Virus record (IMG/VR): IMGVR_UViG_3300042731_009409
Span: 1 to 29,816 of that record
Reading direction: 5' to 3' (one strand)
DNA: 29,816 bases
From: a virus
Part shown: one piece after another, positions 1 to 9,033 of the stretch
Layout of the letters: every line of letters starts with the position of its first letter
Numbering within the stretch: the first letter of the stretch is position 1
The notes under the pieces: model-generated
What the model was told of the DNA's origin: nothing
The model's database searches: none
Seen by the model: the letters and a program-made list of their open reading frames with translations, nothing else
Position numbers and translations under genes: made by a program

Positions 1-1
1 T

Positions 2-376
2 GAATTTTCAACTAAAAGAGAACTCAAAACAAACCGCGAATTAAAAGACGAAATATCTATAAGTTGGAATATTGAAGGTGGTGCAAATCACCAACCATCT
101 GGCGGTCAAATGAAAAAAATTGAAATAGCTTGCGATTTAGCTTTGATGGATTTGGCCAGTTACAACAAACAAATTCCAGACATTTTGTTTCTTGACGAAA
201 TATTAGATGGGCTCGATGAACAGGGCGTCAAAAGAGTCCTTTTGTTATTGAGAGAATTGAAAAAAACCAGAAGCACTATTTTTGTTATTAGCCACAATTC
301 TTCAATGTCTGAAGATTTTGATAGAGTTATAAAGATAACAAAAAAGAACGGAATATCAAAATTAGAGGTTGCTTGA
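2..376 (+). CDS. SbcC/Rad50 (gp46-like) recombination ATPase, C-terminal part (5'-truncated by window)
   Basis: Frame is open from base 2 (EFSTKRELK...HQPSGGQMKK). It has the ABC signature SGGQ, Walker B ILFLDE, D-loop LD and H-loop VISH. Confidence 0.9.
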   Translation, partial: EFSTKRELKTNRELKDEISISWNIEGGANHQPSGGQMKKIEIACDLALMDLASYNKQIPDILFLDEILDGLDEQGVKRVLLLLRELKKTRSTIFVISHNSSMSEDFDRVIKITKKNGISKLEVA

Positions 377-834
377 TGGGTATTAGAGAACAAATATTGT
401 ATGGATTTGAAGTCGCTCCCTTTAAAATAATTTTCATAAATCCTTCTACATTTAGAGAAAAACAATTGAATGTTGTTCCAGATGTATTGACAAAAAGAAA
501 TAAAATAAGGCTCAAAGCATGTAAAATTTTAAGCAATATTGCATATGATCATATGCAGATTTATGACCCTGCCGGAAGGTTATACAGGACACATTATTTT
601 GTTTCTTCGGTTTCTTTTTTAGAAAAAACTTTGGTTGAATGTATTGATTTGTTTTATAAAATATCTGTTAATTTTTATAAAAATCGCGAGCTTGTTCGTT
701 ATATGGAAGGGAACAGAGGAACATTTCTTACGAAGAGAAACGATTTAAGGAGTTGGTTTAGACTAGAGATTGAAAAACACGCCAAAGAGAAGCATAACAT
801 TATACCTTGTATAAGGTTTGACGAATTGTGGTGA
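376..834 (+). CDS. hypothetical protein
   Basis: ATG overlaps the upstream stop (TGATG). About 152 aa, no recognised motif. Confidence 0.7.
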   Translation: MGIREQILYGFEVAPFKIIFINPSTFREKQLNVVPDVLTKRNKIRLKACKILSNIAYDHMQIYDPAGRLYRTHYFVSSVSFLEKTLVECIDLFYKISVNFYKNRELVRYMEGNRGTFLTKRNDLRSWFRLEIEKHAKEKHNIIPCIRFDELW

Positions 835-841
835 GGTTGAA

Positions 842-1525
842 ATGATAGTACAAGGTTGGGATCTAGCCGTCAACCATAGTGGATATGTAGAATTGACAGA
901 CGGTGAACTATCAAACTTTTGGTATGTGACAAATAGGGTTGGCAGTGCGAATAGATCTAAAAAACACGGTTGTAGGCTTGTTTTGCCAAAAACTAAAGAT
1001 AAGTTCGTTCAAAATGTTTCTAGGTTGAATTTTGCACGAGAATTTATTGTAAAAAATGTATTAAAAGAAAATCCTGATTATGTTGGTGTTGAAAATTATT
1101 CTTATGCTTCAAAGGGTTCGGTTTATCAAATGGGCGAAATCGGAAGTGTTGCCAGAATATTGCTTTGGCGAACAGGAATACCTTTCAGACTGCATGATCC
1201 AATATCAGTCAAAATGTTTGTTACACATGACGGAACTTGTCAAAAAGATTTGGTTGAAAAATTTGTTTATGAGCGCTGGGATGTAGATTTTTCTGCTTAT
1301 AACCAACCAAAATCAAAAACTGGAAAAGAAGACAGAACGACAAGTGAAGATTTGTGCGATGCTTTCTCGATAGCAAAACTTGTCTGGACAGAGTTGTTGT
1401 TGAGAAAAGGAAAAATTAAATTAGAAGATATGCACGAAAAGGAAATCCAAGTTTTTAATAGAGTTACAAAAACTTATCCGGTTAATTTATTATCAAGAGA
1501 ATGGATACATAGGGATGTAAAATAG
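842..1525 (+). CDS. RuvC-like Holliday junction resolvase (RNase H fold)
   Basis: N-terminal GWDLAVNHSGYV, central VGVENY and C-terminal DLCDAFSIA give the RuvC D/E/DxxD acidic set. ATG at 842 follows GAGG. Confidence 0.8.
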   Translation: MIVQGWDLAVNHSGYVELTDGELSNFWYVTNRVGSANRSKKHGCRLVLPKTKDKFVQNVSRLNFAREFIVKNVLKENPDYVGVENYSYASKGSVYQMGEIGSVARILLWRTGIPFRLHDPISVKMFVTHDGTCQKDLVEKFVYERWDVDFSAYNQPKSKTGKEDRTTSEDLCDAFSIAKLVWTELLLRKGKIKLEDMHEKEIQVFNRVTKTYPVNLLSREWIHRDVK

Positions 1526-1532
1526 GTGTTAA

Positions 1533-1742
1533 ATGTCTGTAAAATTTAAAAAATGCAAAGTATTGTTTGAGACGACAAAAGCCTTACAGGTTTTTTCAAA
1601 AGATTTTTTCGAAAGTAGTGGTACAAATGTAGAATGGTTTCCCAAAAGCGCTATTCATGACGATTCCGAAGTTTATAAAACTGGCGATGTTGGAGTTTTA
1701 ATAATTAAGGACTGGTTTGCTATAAAAAAGAATTGGGTATAA
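1533..1742 (+). CDS. small hypothetical phage protein (WxPKSxI motif)
   Basis: ETTKA...WFPKSAI...IKDWFA pattern. Stop overlaps the next ATG (TAATG). Confidence 0.7.
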   Translation: MSVKFKKCKVLFETTKALQVFSKDFFESSGTNVEWFPKSAIHDDSEVYKTGDVGVLIIKDWFAIKKNWV

Positions 1743-2656
1743 TGCTTTACAAGGATAAAAAGAAATTATTGATAGTTGACGGAAAGAATCTTACGTGGAG
1801 AATGACCGATGCTTTTTCAGATCTTTCTGTCGAAAGGGATGGGGATGATATAGCTACCGGGGGCATACATGGTTTTTTATCAACGATAATAAGGCTAAAA
1901 AAACAGTTTGCATGTAACGCAGTTGTTTGTTGGGAAGGCAAAAATAATTTCAGATATAAAATTTTTCCCGATTATAAAAAAAGAGATGAACCGACAGAGG
2001 AACAACTTGATTTAATACAAGAAGTAAACGATCAACAAAAAAGAATAATGGCCATATTAAAACATGCCGGAATAAAACAATATAAAGCTGTTGGGTGTGA
2101 AGCTGATGACATTATGGGCACCTTAGCAAGCAAGTGGACTCTCAACGGAACTAAACAGGCCATAATATACACTGGAGACTCTGATCTTAGACAATGTGTA
2201 ACAGACTATACCTTGGTGCTTTCGCCTAACAGAAAGGGTTCTGACATCCTATATGACGTAAACGAGGTTTATAAAAAAGATGGCGTTTGGCCTAAATATG
2301 TTCCTGATCTAAAAGCTTTGGCCGGTGACTCATCTGATAAAATACCGGGTGTTTTGGGCATTGGGCAAAAAACTGCAGAAAAATTAATCAATCAGTACGG
2401 CAGTGTGAAAAAAATTATAAAAGCGGCAAGGAAGGATTTTAAAGATTGGCCTGTTGCAGATAGATTTAAACCTACGATAGTTGATGAGAAGAAAGCTATT
2501 TTGAAATATAAGAAGCTTACTACAATATTAAATAATGCAGACAAAAAACTTATAAAACCAAAATACAACAAAAACAAATTGTTGAAACATCTAAGATTTT
2601 ACAAGTTGTTGAGTATAATGATACCAAATGAGTTAATTAATTTGATGGAGGAATAA
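1742..2656 (+). CDS. 5'-3' exonuclease / flap endonuclease (T5 D15, T4 RNase H, PolI N-domain family)
   Basis: Motifs LLIVDG, YKKR, EADD, TGDSDL and helix-3-turn-helix GDSSDKIPGVLGIGQKTA. Confidence 0.95.
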   Translation: MLYKDKKKLLIVDGKNLTWRMTDAFSDLSVERDGDDIATGGIHGFLSTIIRLKKQFACNAVVCWEGKNNFRYKIFPDYKKRDEPTEEQLDLIQEVNDQQKRIMAILKHAGIKQYKAVGCEADDIMGTLASKWTLNGTKQAIIYTGDSDLRQCVTDYTLVLSPNRKGSDILYDVNEVYKKDGVWPKYVPDLKALAGDSSDKIPGVLGIGQKTAEKLINQYGSVKKIIKAARKDFKDWPVADRFKPTIVDEKKAILKYKKLTTILNNADKKLIKPKYNKNKLLKHLRFYKLLSIMIPNELINLMEE

Positions 2657-2980
2657 ATGACCGAAGACAAGGGCGTTGGTTACAATTATAGCTTGAAGAG
2701 GAGTGGAACTAAATTTAAATTCGAATTGGAATTGGATTTTTTAAACGAAGAAAATTTAAAAAATTACGAGAAAGAATTGGAAGATAAAAAATTGTCTTTG
2801 AAATATGCTATTATTACTTTCATAAAGAATCATATTTTAAGGAATTGTATTGAAAGATTGGCTTCTGGTGAATCACGAAATGTAATAACCTTCACGACAA
2901 AATGCATGAAGTGCATGAAGTGTGGAAAAATAAAAAGCTTTGTCGGCAATGCGACAAACCAATTCAAATTACTTGCATAG
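2657..2980 (+). CDS. hypothetical protein with C-terminal CxxCxxC
   Basis: GGAG/GAGG RBS, ATG immediately after the upstream stop, KCMKCMKCG. Confidence 0.65.
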   Translation: MTEDKGVGYNYSLKRSGTKFKFELELDFLNEENLKNYEKELEDKKLSLKYAIITFIKNHILRNCIERLASGESRNVITFTTKCMKCMKCGKIKSFVGNATNQFKLLA

Positions 2981-3102
2981 AGGAATAATTGGCCGATATT
3001 ATTATACGAGCACTCATGGGGCTAGGCATTTAGGTGTTGATATTTCCAGAACAATAAAAATGAAATCAGAGAATATCGTCATGGAGGGAAACTTAGTTAA
3101 AA

Positions 3103-3669
3103 ATGAAAAAGAAAGAAAAATTGAGAATATTGCGCAACGAGTGGGATAATTGTCAAAGATGTGATTTATATAGAGATAGACACAATGTTGTACATTATAG
3201 AGGAAAAACAAAATCCAAGATATTCGTAATAGGTGAGGCGCCAGGTAAGGAAGAAGACTTAAAAGGGAAACCCTTTGTTGGAAAATCAGGAAAGGTTTTG
3301 GACGAATTGATTAATGAGTTTGATTGTGATTTTTTTATAGCCAATACACTTGCTTGTCGTCCACCAAACAACAGAAGGCCCATGTCATATGAAATCAGAA
3401 CCTGTAAAGAACGTTTATACGAAATGGTAAGGATAATAAAACCAAAGGTTTTTATCTTCCTCGGTTTGACTCCGGCCAGATATCTGGCTGGAATAACTGT
3501 TTTAGGACCATGGAAAGGGAAAATAGTTGATTTTACTTTTGATGGTAAAAAAGAATATAAAGCAGTTATAACTTATCATCCATCATATTATTTAAGAAAT
3601 AGAAATAAAAAACTGAGAAACGAAATACTAGGACATTTTAAAATAGCTGTTGAATATTTGGAGAAATAA
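3103..3669 (+). CDS. uracil-DNA glycosylase, family 4 (4Fe-4S type)
   Basis: CQRC, IGEAPG, PFVGKSG, CRPPNNRRP, a fourth Cys in IRTC, and YHPSY. Confidence 0.95.
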   Translation: MKKKEKLRILRNEWDNCQRCDLYRDRHNVVHYRGKTKSKIFVIGEAPGKEEDLKGKPFVGKSGKVLDELINEFDCDFFIANTLACRPPNNRRPMSYEIRTCKERLYEMVRIIKPKVFIFLGLTPARYLAGITVLGPWKGKIVDFTFDGKKEYKAVITYHPSYYLRNRNKKLRNEILGHFKIAVEYLEK

Positions 3670-3894
3670 ATGCCAAATCCAAAAAACGATTATGAGACAA
3701 CCGATCTTTTTAATTTTGTAAAATATGAATGTAAAACGAACGATAGTTGTGATATTGAAAAGTTGAGTAAAAAAATTGATTATTTGATTGAAAAGGTTGA
3801 ATTTATAGAAAATAAAATTCAACTCATATTTGGAAATTATGTATTGATAAGAAATAGATTTATAAACATTGGAAAGGACCTTTTAAATAGATGA
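3670..3894 (+). CDS. hypothetical protein
   Basis: Abuts the UDG stop with a GGAG RBS, short coiled-coil segment. Confidence 0.6.
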   Translation: MPNPKNDYETTDLFNFVKYECKTNDSCDIEKLSKKIDYLIEKVEFIENKIQLIFGNYVLIRNRFINIGKDLLNR

Positions 3895-4247
3895 CGACTA
3901 GAACAGAAAGAATGGAATTTGCAAGAAAAAGAAATAGGCGCAACAAGAAGCTTGAAAAAGCAAAAAAACATCCGAACGGAAGATCTATACAGGATTTTAT
4001 GTTTTTACAAAACATAAAAGGTGATTATAGAAACTATGTTGTTTTGAATCAAGACACGATGATGGATTACAGATCTACTTATAATATCGAGTATACAAAT
4101 TCCCCAGATTTTGATGATGATGATATATTTTTAATACATAAAAAAGAGTTGCATAAATTAATAGGTGAACGTTCTAGAGATTTTTGGCATCCTGTTATAG
4201 GGCGTATAGTTGATGTTCCAAGAACAAAAGGTAAGAAAGATTTGTAA
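3891..4247 (+). CDS. hypothetical protein, basic N-terminus
   Basis: ATGA overlap with the upstream gene, 118 aa. Confidence 0.65.
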   Translation: MTTRTERMEFARKRNRRNKKLEKAKKHPNGRSIQDFMFLQNIKGDYRNYVVLNQDTMMDYRSTYNIEYTNSPDFDDDDIFLIHKKELHKLIGERSRDFWHPVIGRIVDVPRTKGKKDL

Positions 4248-4256
4248 AAAATTATT

Positions 4257-4472
4257 ATGAAACGTTCTGGTTATATGTCAAGAATGGATTTGTTGCAACT
4301 TGATAAACAAATAGAAAACGGTGAAATAACAATTTTTAGATTGTCGTATTGTTATAATTGTAATAGGGATGTTATAAAGCATAAAAAGTTTTGTTGTAAA
4401 AAATGTATGGATGAATATCAATCTAAACCTGCGGTTGAAAAAATGAGAGATATAATAAAAGGAAAAAAATGA
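4257..4472 (+). CDS. small putative zinc-finger protein
   Basis: CYNC...FCCKKC, a treble-clef/TRASH-like cysteine pattern. Confidence 0.6.
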   Translation: MKRSGYMSRMDLLQLDKQIENGEITIFRLSYCYNCNRDVIKHKKFCCKKCMDEYQSKPAVEKMRDIIKGKK

Positions 4473-4693
4473 AAACGGATAAGTTTTTTAGGGAACTAGG
4501 AAAAGCGGTAAATGGGTTTGTTGAATTGGAAACCAGCTTGGGAACGATAAGAAGAGGTAAAATAACCGGTTTTACACATAAGAGGATTTTTTTTAATGGT
4601 GAGCGTGTTGACATGATCGTTGAAATTGAGTTAAATAATGATCCGGGAGACAGAATACCGATAACGGAGATTTTAAAATATTCTGTCATTTAG
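4469..4693 (+). CDS. hypothetical protein
   Basis: ATGA overlap, AGGA RBS, 74 aa. Confidence 0.65.
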   Translation: MKTDKFFRELGKAVNGFVELETSLGTIRRGKITGFTHKRIFFNGERVDMIVEIELNNDPGDRIPITEILKYSVI

Positions 4694-4697
4694 ATTT

Positions 4698-4907
4698 ATG
4701 TTTGGAAAAATCTTTAAGAAAAAGAATAAAATAATTTGCACAAATTGTATTGTTTTGGAAAACAAAATAAAAAATTTGCAAAGAAATTATTTCGACTGTT
4801 TAGAAATGTTAGATCAATGTATGAACATTATAAACGTGTTGAGAAGAATTCCGATCGAATACAAAGAAAAAGCTGACGCATTACTGAGTTTTTTGGACGA
4901 TGGATAA
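4698..4907 (+). CDS. hypothetical protein (CxxC plus coiled coil)
   Basis: Fills the gap in the gene run and overlaps the methyltransferase start. Confidence 0.55.
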   Translation: MFGKIFKKKNKIICTNCIVLENKIKNLQRNYFDCLEMLDQCMNIINVLRRIPIEYKEKADALLSFLDDG

Positions 4908-5496
4908 AAAAACAATAGAAACAATCATGTCTACTGGAAAAGATGATTATGGTACTCCCCAATGGTTGTTCGATCGTCTTAATGATATATTTAATTTTGA
5001 TATAGATGTTTGTGCATCGGATTGGAATTACAAAGTTAAAAAATATTTTTCGGAAAAAAACAATTCATTTAGAAAAAAATGGCGTGGTAATTGTTTTATG
5101 AATCCGCCATACTCAAAAGCACAAAGCAAATGTTTGCCAGATTGCTCAAAAACGGTCTGTAACAGGCGTGGTTATCATTTGGTCGATGATAAACCGGGTT
5201 TATTTGATTGGGTTGACAGGGCGCATAGACAGTCTGAGCAGTATAAATCTGCGATAGCATGTCTCTTGCCAGCTAGGACTGACACAAAATGGTTCGAAAT
5301 CGTTTTTAAACATTCCTTTTGTATCTGTTTTATTCCTGGTAGGCTGAAATTTTTGGTAAAGGGTGGAATATCAAAATTTTGTGCTCCATTTCCAAGTTGC
5401 ATTGTTGTGTTCAATGGAAATTCCAAAATTGACAGAAGTAGAATTCTGAATGGTTTAAAAAGAATAGGTCATGTTGCGAAAATTGAAAAACCCTAA
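4900..5496 (+). CDS. phage DNA N6-adenine methyltransferase (phage Dam family)
   Basis: TPQWLF, FDIDVCAS, catalytic NPPY, LLPARTDTKWF, GRLKF, APFPS. Target site cannot be read from sequence. Confidence 0.93.
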   Translation: MDKKTIETIMSTGKDDYGTPQWLFDRLNDIFNFDIDVCASDWNYKVKKYFSEKNNSFRKKWRGNCFMNPPYSKAQSKCLPDCSKTVCNRRGYHLVDDKPGLFDWVDRAHRQSEQYKSAIACLLPARTDTKWFEIVFKHSFCICFIPGRLKFLVKGGISKFCAPFPSCIVVFNGNSKIDRSRILNGLKRIGHVAKIEKP

Positions 5497-5947
5497 TAGT
5501 TTTGATTTTGTCGTTTTCGAACGCTATTGGTCTTTTTTGTTGGGTGAGGAATATAGGGATATTACGATTAAAATTGTCTGTTCGAGTTTTGGTATAACTA
5601 TTGAAGAACTTGACATTATTTTGCATTCTGTCCACCAATATAAAATGAGGAAAACGGTTGAAATTTATAATAAATTAAAATTGAATAATTTATTAATTGG
5701 ACAAATAACTAATTTTCATTATGATCCACCAACAGATATATGTGGTTTTACCTTGGTGCTGGATGACATTGAATATTATAATCATGATTGCACGATCATA
5801 TTTTACAATGGTTTTATTTGTCTTCCATATTCTAGAGAGATTGTTATTTCGGTTTACAAAAAAGATTTACATATAGTAGACTTGGAAAAGATTTTTTCGC
5901 AACATTTTTTGCCGGAGGACAAATGTCAAACAACGTTCGGTTTGTAA
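5471..5947 (+). CDS. hypothetical protein
   Basis: 158-aa ORF overlapping both neighbours in the + strand run. Confidence 0.65.
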   Translation: MLRKLKNPNSFDFVVFERYWSFLLGEEYRDITIKIVCSSFGITIEELDIILHSVHQYKMRKTVEIYNKLKLNNLLIGQITNFHYDPPTDICGFTLVLDDIEYYNHDCTIIFYNGFICLPYSREIVISVYKKDLHIVDLEKIFSQHFLPEDKCQTTFGL

Positions 5948-6159
5948 AGGTGAATAGGTGTTATTCTCATGCACCAAATTTAACTATAACATGGGAAAGC
6001 GAGAATGAAACTTGTCCGTTGTGTGCTTGTTACAGCGCCAACGAAAAACTTGTTAGAAAAGTTGAGAAGTTAAAAAAAAGAATACAAAATATTAAAAAAA
6101 TGCTTGAAAAAAATGGAATAATGATAGATAAGTATAAGAAAGATAGATTACCGTTTTAG
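5923..6159 (+). CDS. hypothetical protein (CPLC plus coiled coil)
   Basis: Strong GGAGG RBS. Confidence 0.7.
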   Translation: MSNNVRFVKVNRCYSHAPNLTITWESENETCPLCACYSANEKLVRKVEKLKKRIQNIKKMLEKNGIMIDKYKKDRLPF

Positions 6160-6190
6160 GTAGTCTAAATTGTTTTTATAAGGAGGAACA

Positions 6191-6520
6191 ATGCCAAAAG
6201 GTAAACGCCAATCACCAAATGATAAACTTGCTGATATGATCAAAAAACAGATTGGTCACAGAACAAATCCGTCAACATGCTCTAATTGTCAATCATCGTC
6301 GGTTTCGACTGATGGTAAAATGATTTGTAGTTTTGCTAAGGACTTTGTTATTTTTGAAGTTAGCAAACAAGAAACTTGTGATAAATGGACGAAGAAGCGC
6401 AAAAAGAGAGAAAAGAAACTTGATTCGGATGGAAAATCTGTAAAGAAAGAAAAAGGTCAAAAGAAAACTAAAGAGCTTAAAACACAACCTCAAACCCAAA
6501 CTCAAACTCAAAAAAAGTAG
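6191..6520 (+). CDS. basic Cys-containing hypothetical protein with Lys-rich and TQ-repeat tail
   Basis: AAGGAGG RBS, CSNC...C...C, C-terminal TQPQTQTQTQKK. Confidence 0.75.
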   Translation: MPKGKRQSPNDKLADMIKKQIGHRTNPSTCSNCQSSSVSTDGKMICSFAKDFVIFEVSKQETCDKWTKKRKKREKKLDSDGKSVKKEKGQKKTKELKTQPQTQTQTQKK

Positions 6521-6563
6521 CTTTTCCAATTTTTAATAAAATTATAAAAAAAAGGAAAACAAA

Positions 6564-7157
6564 ATGACAGAATCTGTCTTGGTGGTTCCGTCTGTTTTAT
6601 TAAATGACAAATGTGGTATAACAAAAGTAAGCATGGGTTTATTTTGCAGTATAAAGCAAAAGATAGATAACTTCGGATTGTTCAAGAAGCGTTCTGGAGT
6701 GGAGAATGACCCAAAATTTAAACAGATAATACCATATGTCGTTTTTAGGTGTGGATACGAATATTTTGTTTATCAGAGGGGAAAAAAGTCGGGCGAACAA
6801 AGATTAGTTGGAAAATATTCCTTGGGTATAGGCGGACATATAAACCCTTGCGATGGCTTTGGAAATTATGGTTCGTATCTTAATGCAACAAAAAGAGAAA
6901 TAAAAGAAGAAATTGAGATTAATGATTGGGAATTGGGTCAACCAATGGCAATTATAAATGATAATACTACAGATGTAGGTAAGGTTCATTTTGGTATTGT
7001 TCATTTGTGTACTTTAAAACACACAAGGATAATACCAAAAGAAGAACAAATTGTGAATTCTAAATTTGTTCATTTCGATAAAATTCAAGAATTTGAAGAT
7101 AAATTTGAAAATTGGTCCAAGTTGTTTATTGATATGGCCAAGAAAGTTTTAATTTAG
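6564..7157 (+). CDS. Nudix-superfamily phosphoesterase (COG4112 / YmaB-like)
   Basis: ENDPKFKQIIPY, EQRLVGKYSLGIGGHINP, Nudix-like REIKEE, VGKVHFG. Confidence 0.88.
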   Translation: MTESVLVVPSVLLNDKCGITKVSMGLFCSIKQKIDNFGLFKKRSGVENDPKFKQIIPYVVFRCGYEYFVYQRGKKSGEQRLVGKYSLGIGGHINPCDGFGNYGSYLNATKREIKEEIEINDWELGQPMAIINDNTTDVGKVHFGIVHLCTLKHTRIIPKEEQIVNSKFVHFDKIQEFEDKFENWSKLFIDMAKKVLI

Positions 7158-7166
7158 GAGGAAGTT

Positions 7167-7874
7167 ATGTTTGAGAATATTACAAAAAGATTTATTAATG
7201 AGACTAGAGCACAACTATTGACAGAAACAAGTGTTGAAAATTTTTGTTATTTAATATCACTTGCAACTGGCAAATCAATATGTGTTGATGATATTAAAAC
7301 AGAGCCATTTTTTGGTTTTAGAGTAAATAAAATTGTGGAACAATGTTTTGAAAATAACAGAGATATTTTTGATAATTATGTACTTAATTTTAAAGGCGTT
7401 GTGCCTCTTTGGCTTTATTATAGATTTTCAGAAAACTTTCTTATAAAATCTTTAAAAGAATCGGAAGTTTCAATTGTTGAGCGTATCAAAAATTGTAATG
7501 ATTATAAAAATTTATTTCAAAATAATTTTTATTCTGATTCTGAACTTTTTGAAATAGAACAAATAGCCAAAGAATTAAAATCAGATCATAGAGTTGTTGA
7601 TAATGGTTGTTTATATAATTCTATCCCGGCAGATTTTTTAATTCATATATACTTTTCGCTTTCATTTAATGAGATTAATAACTTTGTTAATGTTCCTTTG
7701 AGCTGCGATTTGTCTCCTGGTTCGCCGTTTGATCAACTGTTTTTGACAGTTTTGTCTAGTACGCAAAATTCATCAAGAATCGGATTTTTGCTTCGCGGAG
7801 AAAATTTTTGTTCGAAAATGAAGGCATTAAAGAAGTTTGAGCAGTTGAGGGAAAAGGATTATATAACTAGGTAA
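7167..7874 (+). CDS. hypothetical protein
   Basis: AGGAGG RBS, 235 aa, lies between Nudix and thyX. Confidence 0.8.
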   Translation: MFENITKRFINETRAQLLTETSVENFCYLISLATGKSICVDDIKTEPFFGFRVNKIVEQCFENNRDIFDNYVLNFKGVVPLWLYYRFSENFLIKSLKESEVSIVERIKNCNDYKNLFQNNFYSDSELFEIEQIAKELKSDHRVVDNGCLYNSIPADFLIHIYFSLSFNEINNFVNVPLSCDLSPGSPFDQLFLTVLSSTQNSSRIGFLLRGENFCSKMKALKKFEQLREKDYITR

Positions 7875-7877
7875 AAA

Positions 7878-8612
7878 ATGGAAACGCCACTTAAAAGAAA
7901 TAACAATGTACAGGCAAAATTGCTCTATCATACGCCACTGGGAATTTCCGTTCTGGCTATAAGAACATGTCGGAATACCGTGCATTTGTCTGATACCGAA
8001 CAGTATGACACTGACGAAATAGGTCCAAAAGACAAAAAACTTATCTCAGAAACTATTTTGGCTCAAAACAAAGAATCAAACAAGCTTAGGGCATTACACC
8101 ATAGTGTTTTGGAGCATATATATTACACTTTTGCTTTGAGATACAGCAGATCTACATTGCAAGAAACTTCCAGAACGAGAATTGCTTCGCACAGTGTAGA
8201 AAGCACGAGAGCTTTTTTATCGTTTGATCTTAATGATGTGGAAAAGTTCGAAAGAGAAATCAGAAAATCCCCTGTATCTGCAAATTCTGTTTCTAAAAAA
8301 CTGGATGATTTAAAAATATCTTATATGCGCAAAATTATGGAAATAAAAAAAGAACATAATCTGAACAATGATGAAATTAAGGATTGTTTAATAGAAGGGT
8401 TAATGACTACTAACATATTTACTATAAATGCAACATCTCTAAGAAATCTTTTAATGCAAAGAACATCGCCCAGAGCTTTTCTGGAATATCAAAAGCTTGC
8501 ATTTGAAATGATAGGATGTTTGCCACTTTCTCACTTATTTTTATACAAAGATAAAATACATTTTAACAATAAAAACAAACTGCGATATATTGAGGAAATT
8601 GATTTTGAATAA
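7878..8612 (+). CDS. thyX: flavin-dependent thymidylate synthase ThyX homologue with a divergent signature
   Basis: HTPL..AIRTC, HHSVLEH-YYTF, SRSTLQETSRTRIASHSVESTR (canonical RHRx7S), INATSLRN...R...A..E. Confidence 0.88.
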   Translation: METPLKRNNNVQAKLLYHTPLGISVLAIRTCRNTVHLSDTEQYDTDEIGPKDKKLISETILAQNKESNKLRALHHSVLEHIYYTFALRYSRSTLQETSRTRIASHSVESTRAFLSFDLNDVEKFEREIRKSPVSANSVSKKLDDLKISYMRKIMEIKKEHNLNNDEIKDCLIEGLMTTNIFTINATSLRNLLMQRTSPRAFLEYQKLAFEMIGCLPLSHLFLYKDKIHFNNKNKLRYIEEIDFE

Positions 8613-8670
8613 AGTAAAATTTCTTAACCAATTTAGAAAAAGATATTAGAGATGTATTGGATACAAAACA

Positions 8671-9033
8671 ATGAGTTGTAACTGTTTGATTGACACTGGT
8701 TATGATGCTGGCTTCTGTGTTTTGTTGGAAATGAAAACCTATAAAGCAAAAAAACAACACATTTGTTATGAATGTGGTAGAAAAATAGACCTTGGCGAAA
8801 AATATCAAATAGAGAAATTGGTTGGAGACGGATTTATTACAGTTAAAACTTGCTCGGACTGTCTATCTGTAAGGGATGCTTTTTTTTGTACTTGGGTATA
8901 TGGCGAGATGTGGCAAGATGTGTATGAAATGTTGTCAGATGGCAATTTACCGCCATCAGATTGTATGACCAACATTACAAAAAATGCAAGAGACAAAATA
9001 TGTGACATTATAGAAGAAAGGTGGAAAGAATGA
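8671..9033 (+). CDS. zinc-finger phage protein
   Basis: KAKKQHICYECGRKI..GEKY...KTCSDC, two CxxC pairs. Confidence 0.75.
   Translation: MSCNCLIDTGYDAGFCVLLEMKTYKAKKQHICYECGRKIDLGEKYQIEKLVGDGFITVKTCSDCLSVRDAFFCTWVYGEMWQDVYEMLSDGNLPPSDCMTNITKNARDKICDIIEERWKE

Noticed and set aside
2903-2920. 9-nt tandem duplication TGCATGAAG giving CxxCxxC
   Set aside because: Simple in-frame slippage. The spacing is not the radical SAM CxxxCxxC motif.
2940-3149. 69-aa ORF bridging the gap before UDG
   Set aside because: Non-ATG start, overlaps both neighbours and has no motif, so it cannot be supported.
3103-3669. Uracil-substituted genome hypothesis
   Set aside because: An intact family-4 UDG together with thyX and tmk argues against dU-DNA.
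6482-6511. ACNCAA hexamer run encoding TQ repeats
   Set aside because: Short, imperfect and in-frame, so not a credible phase-variation tract.
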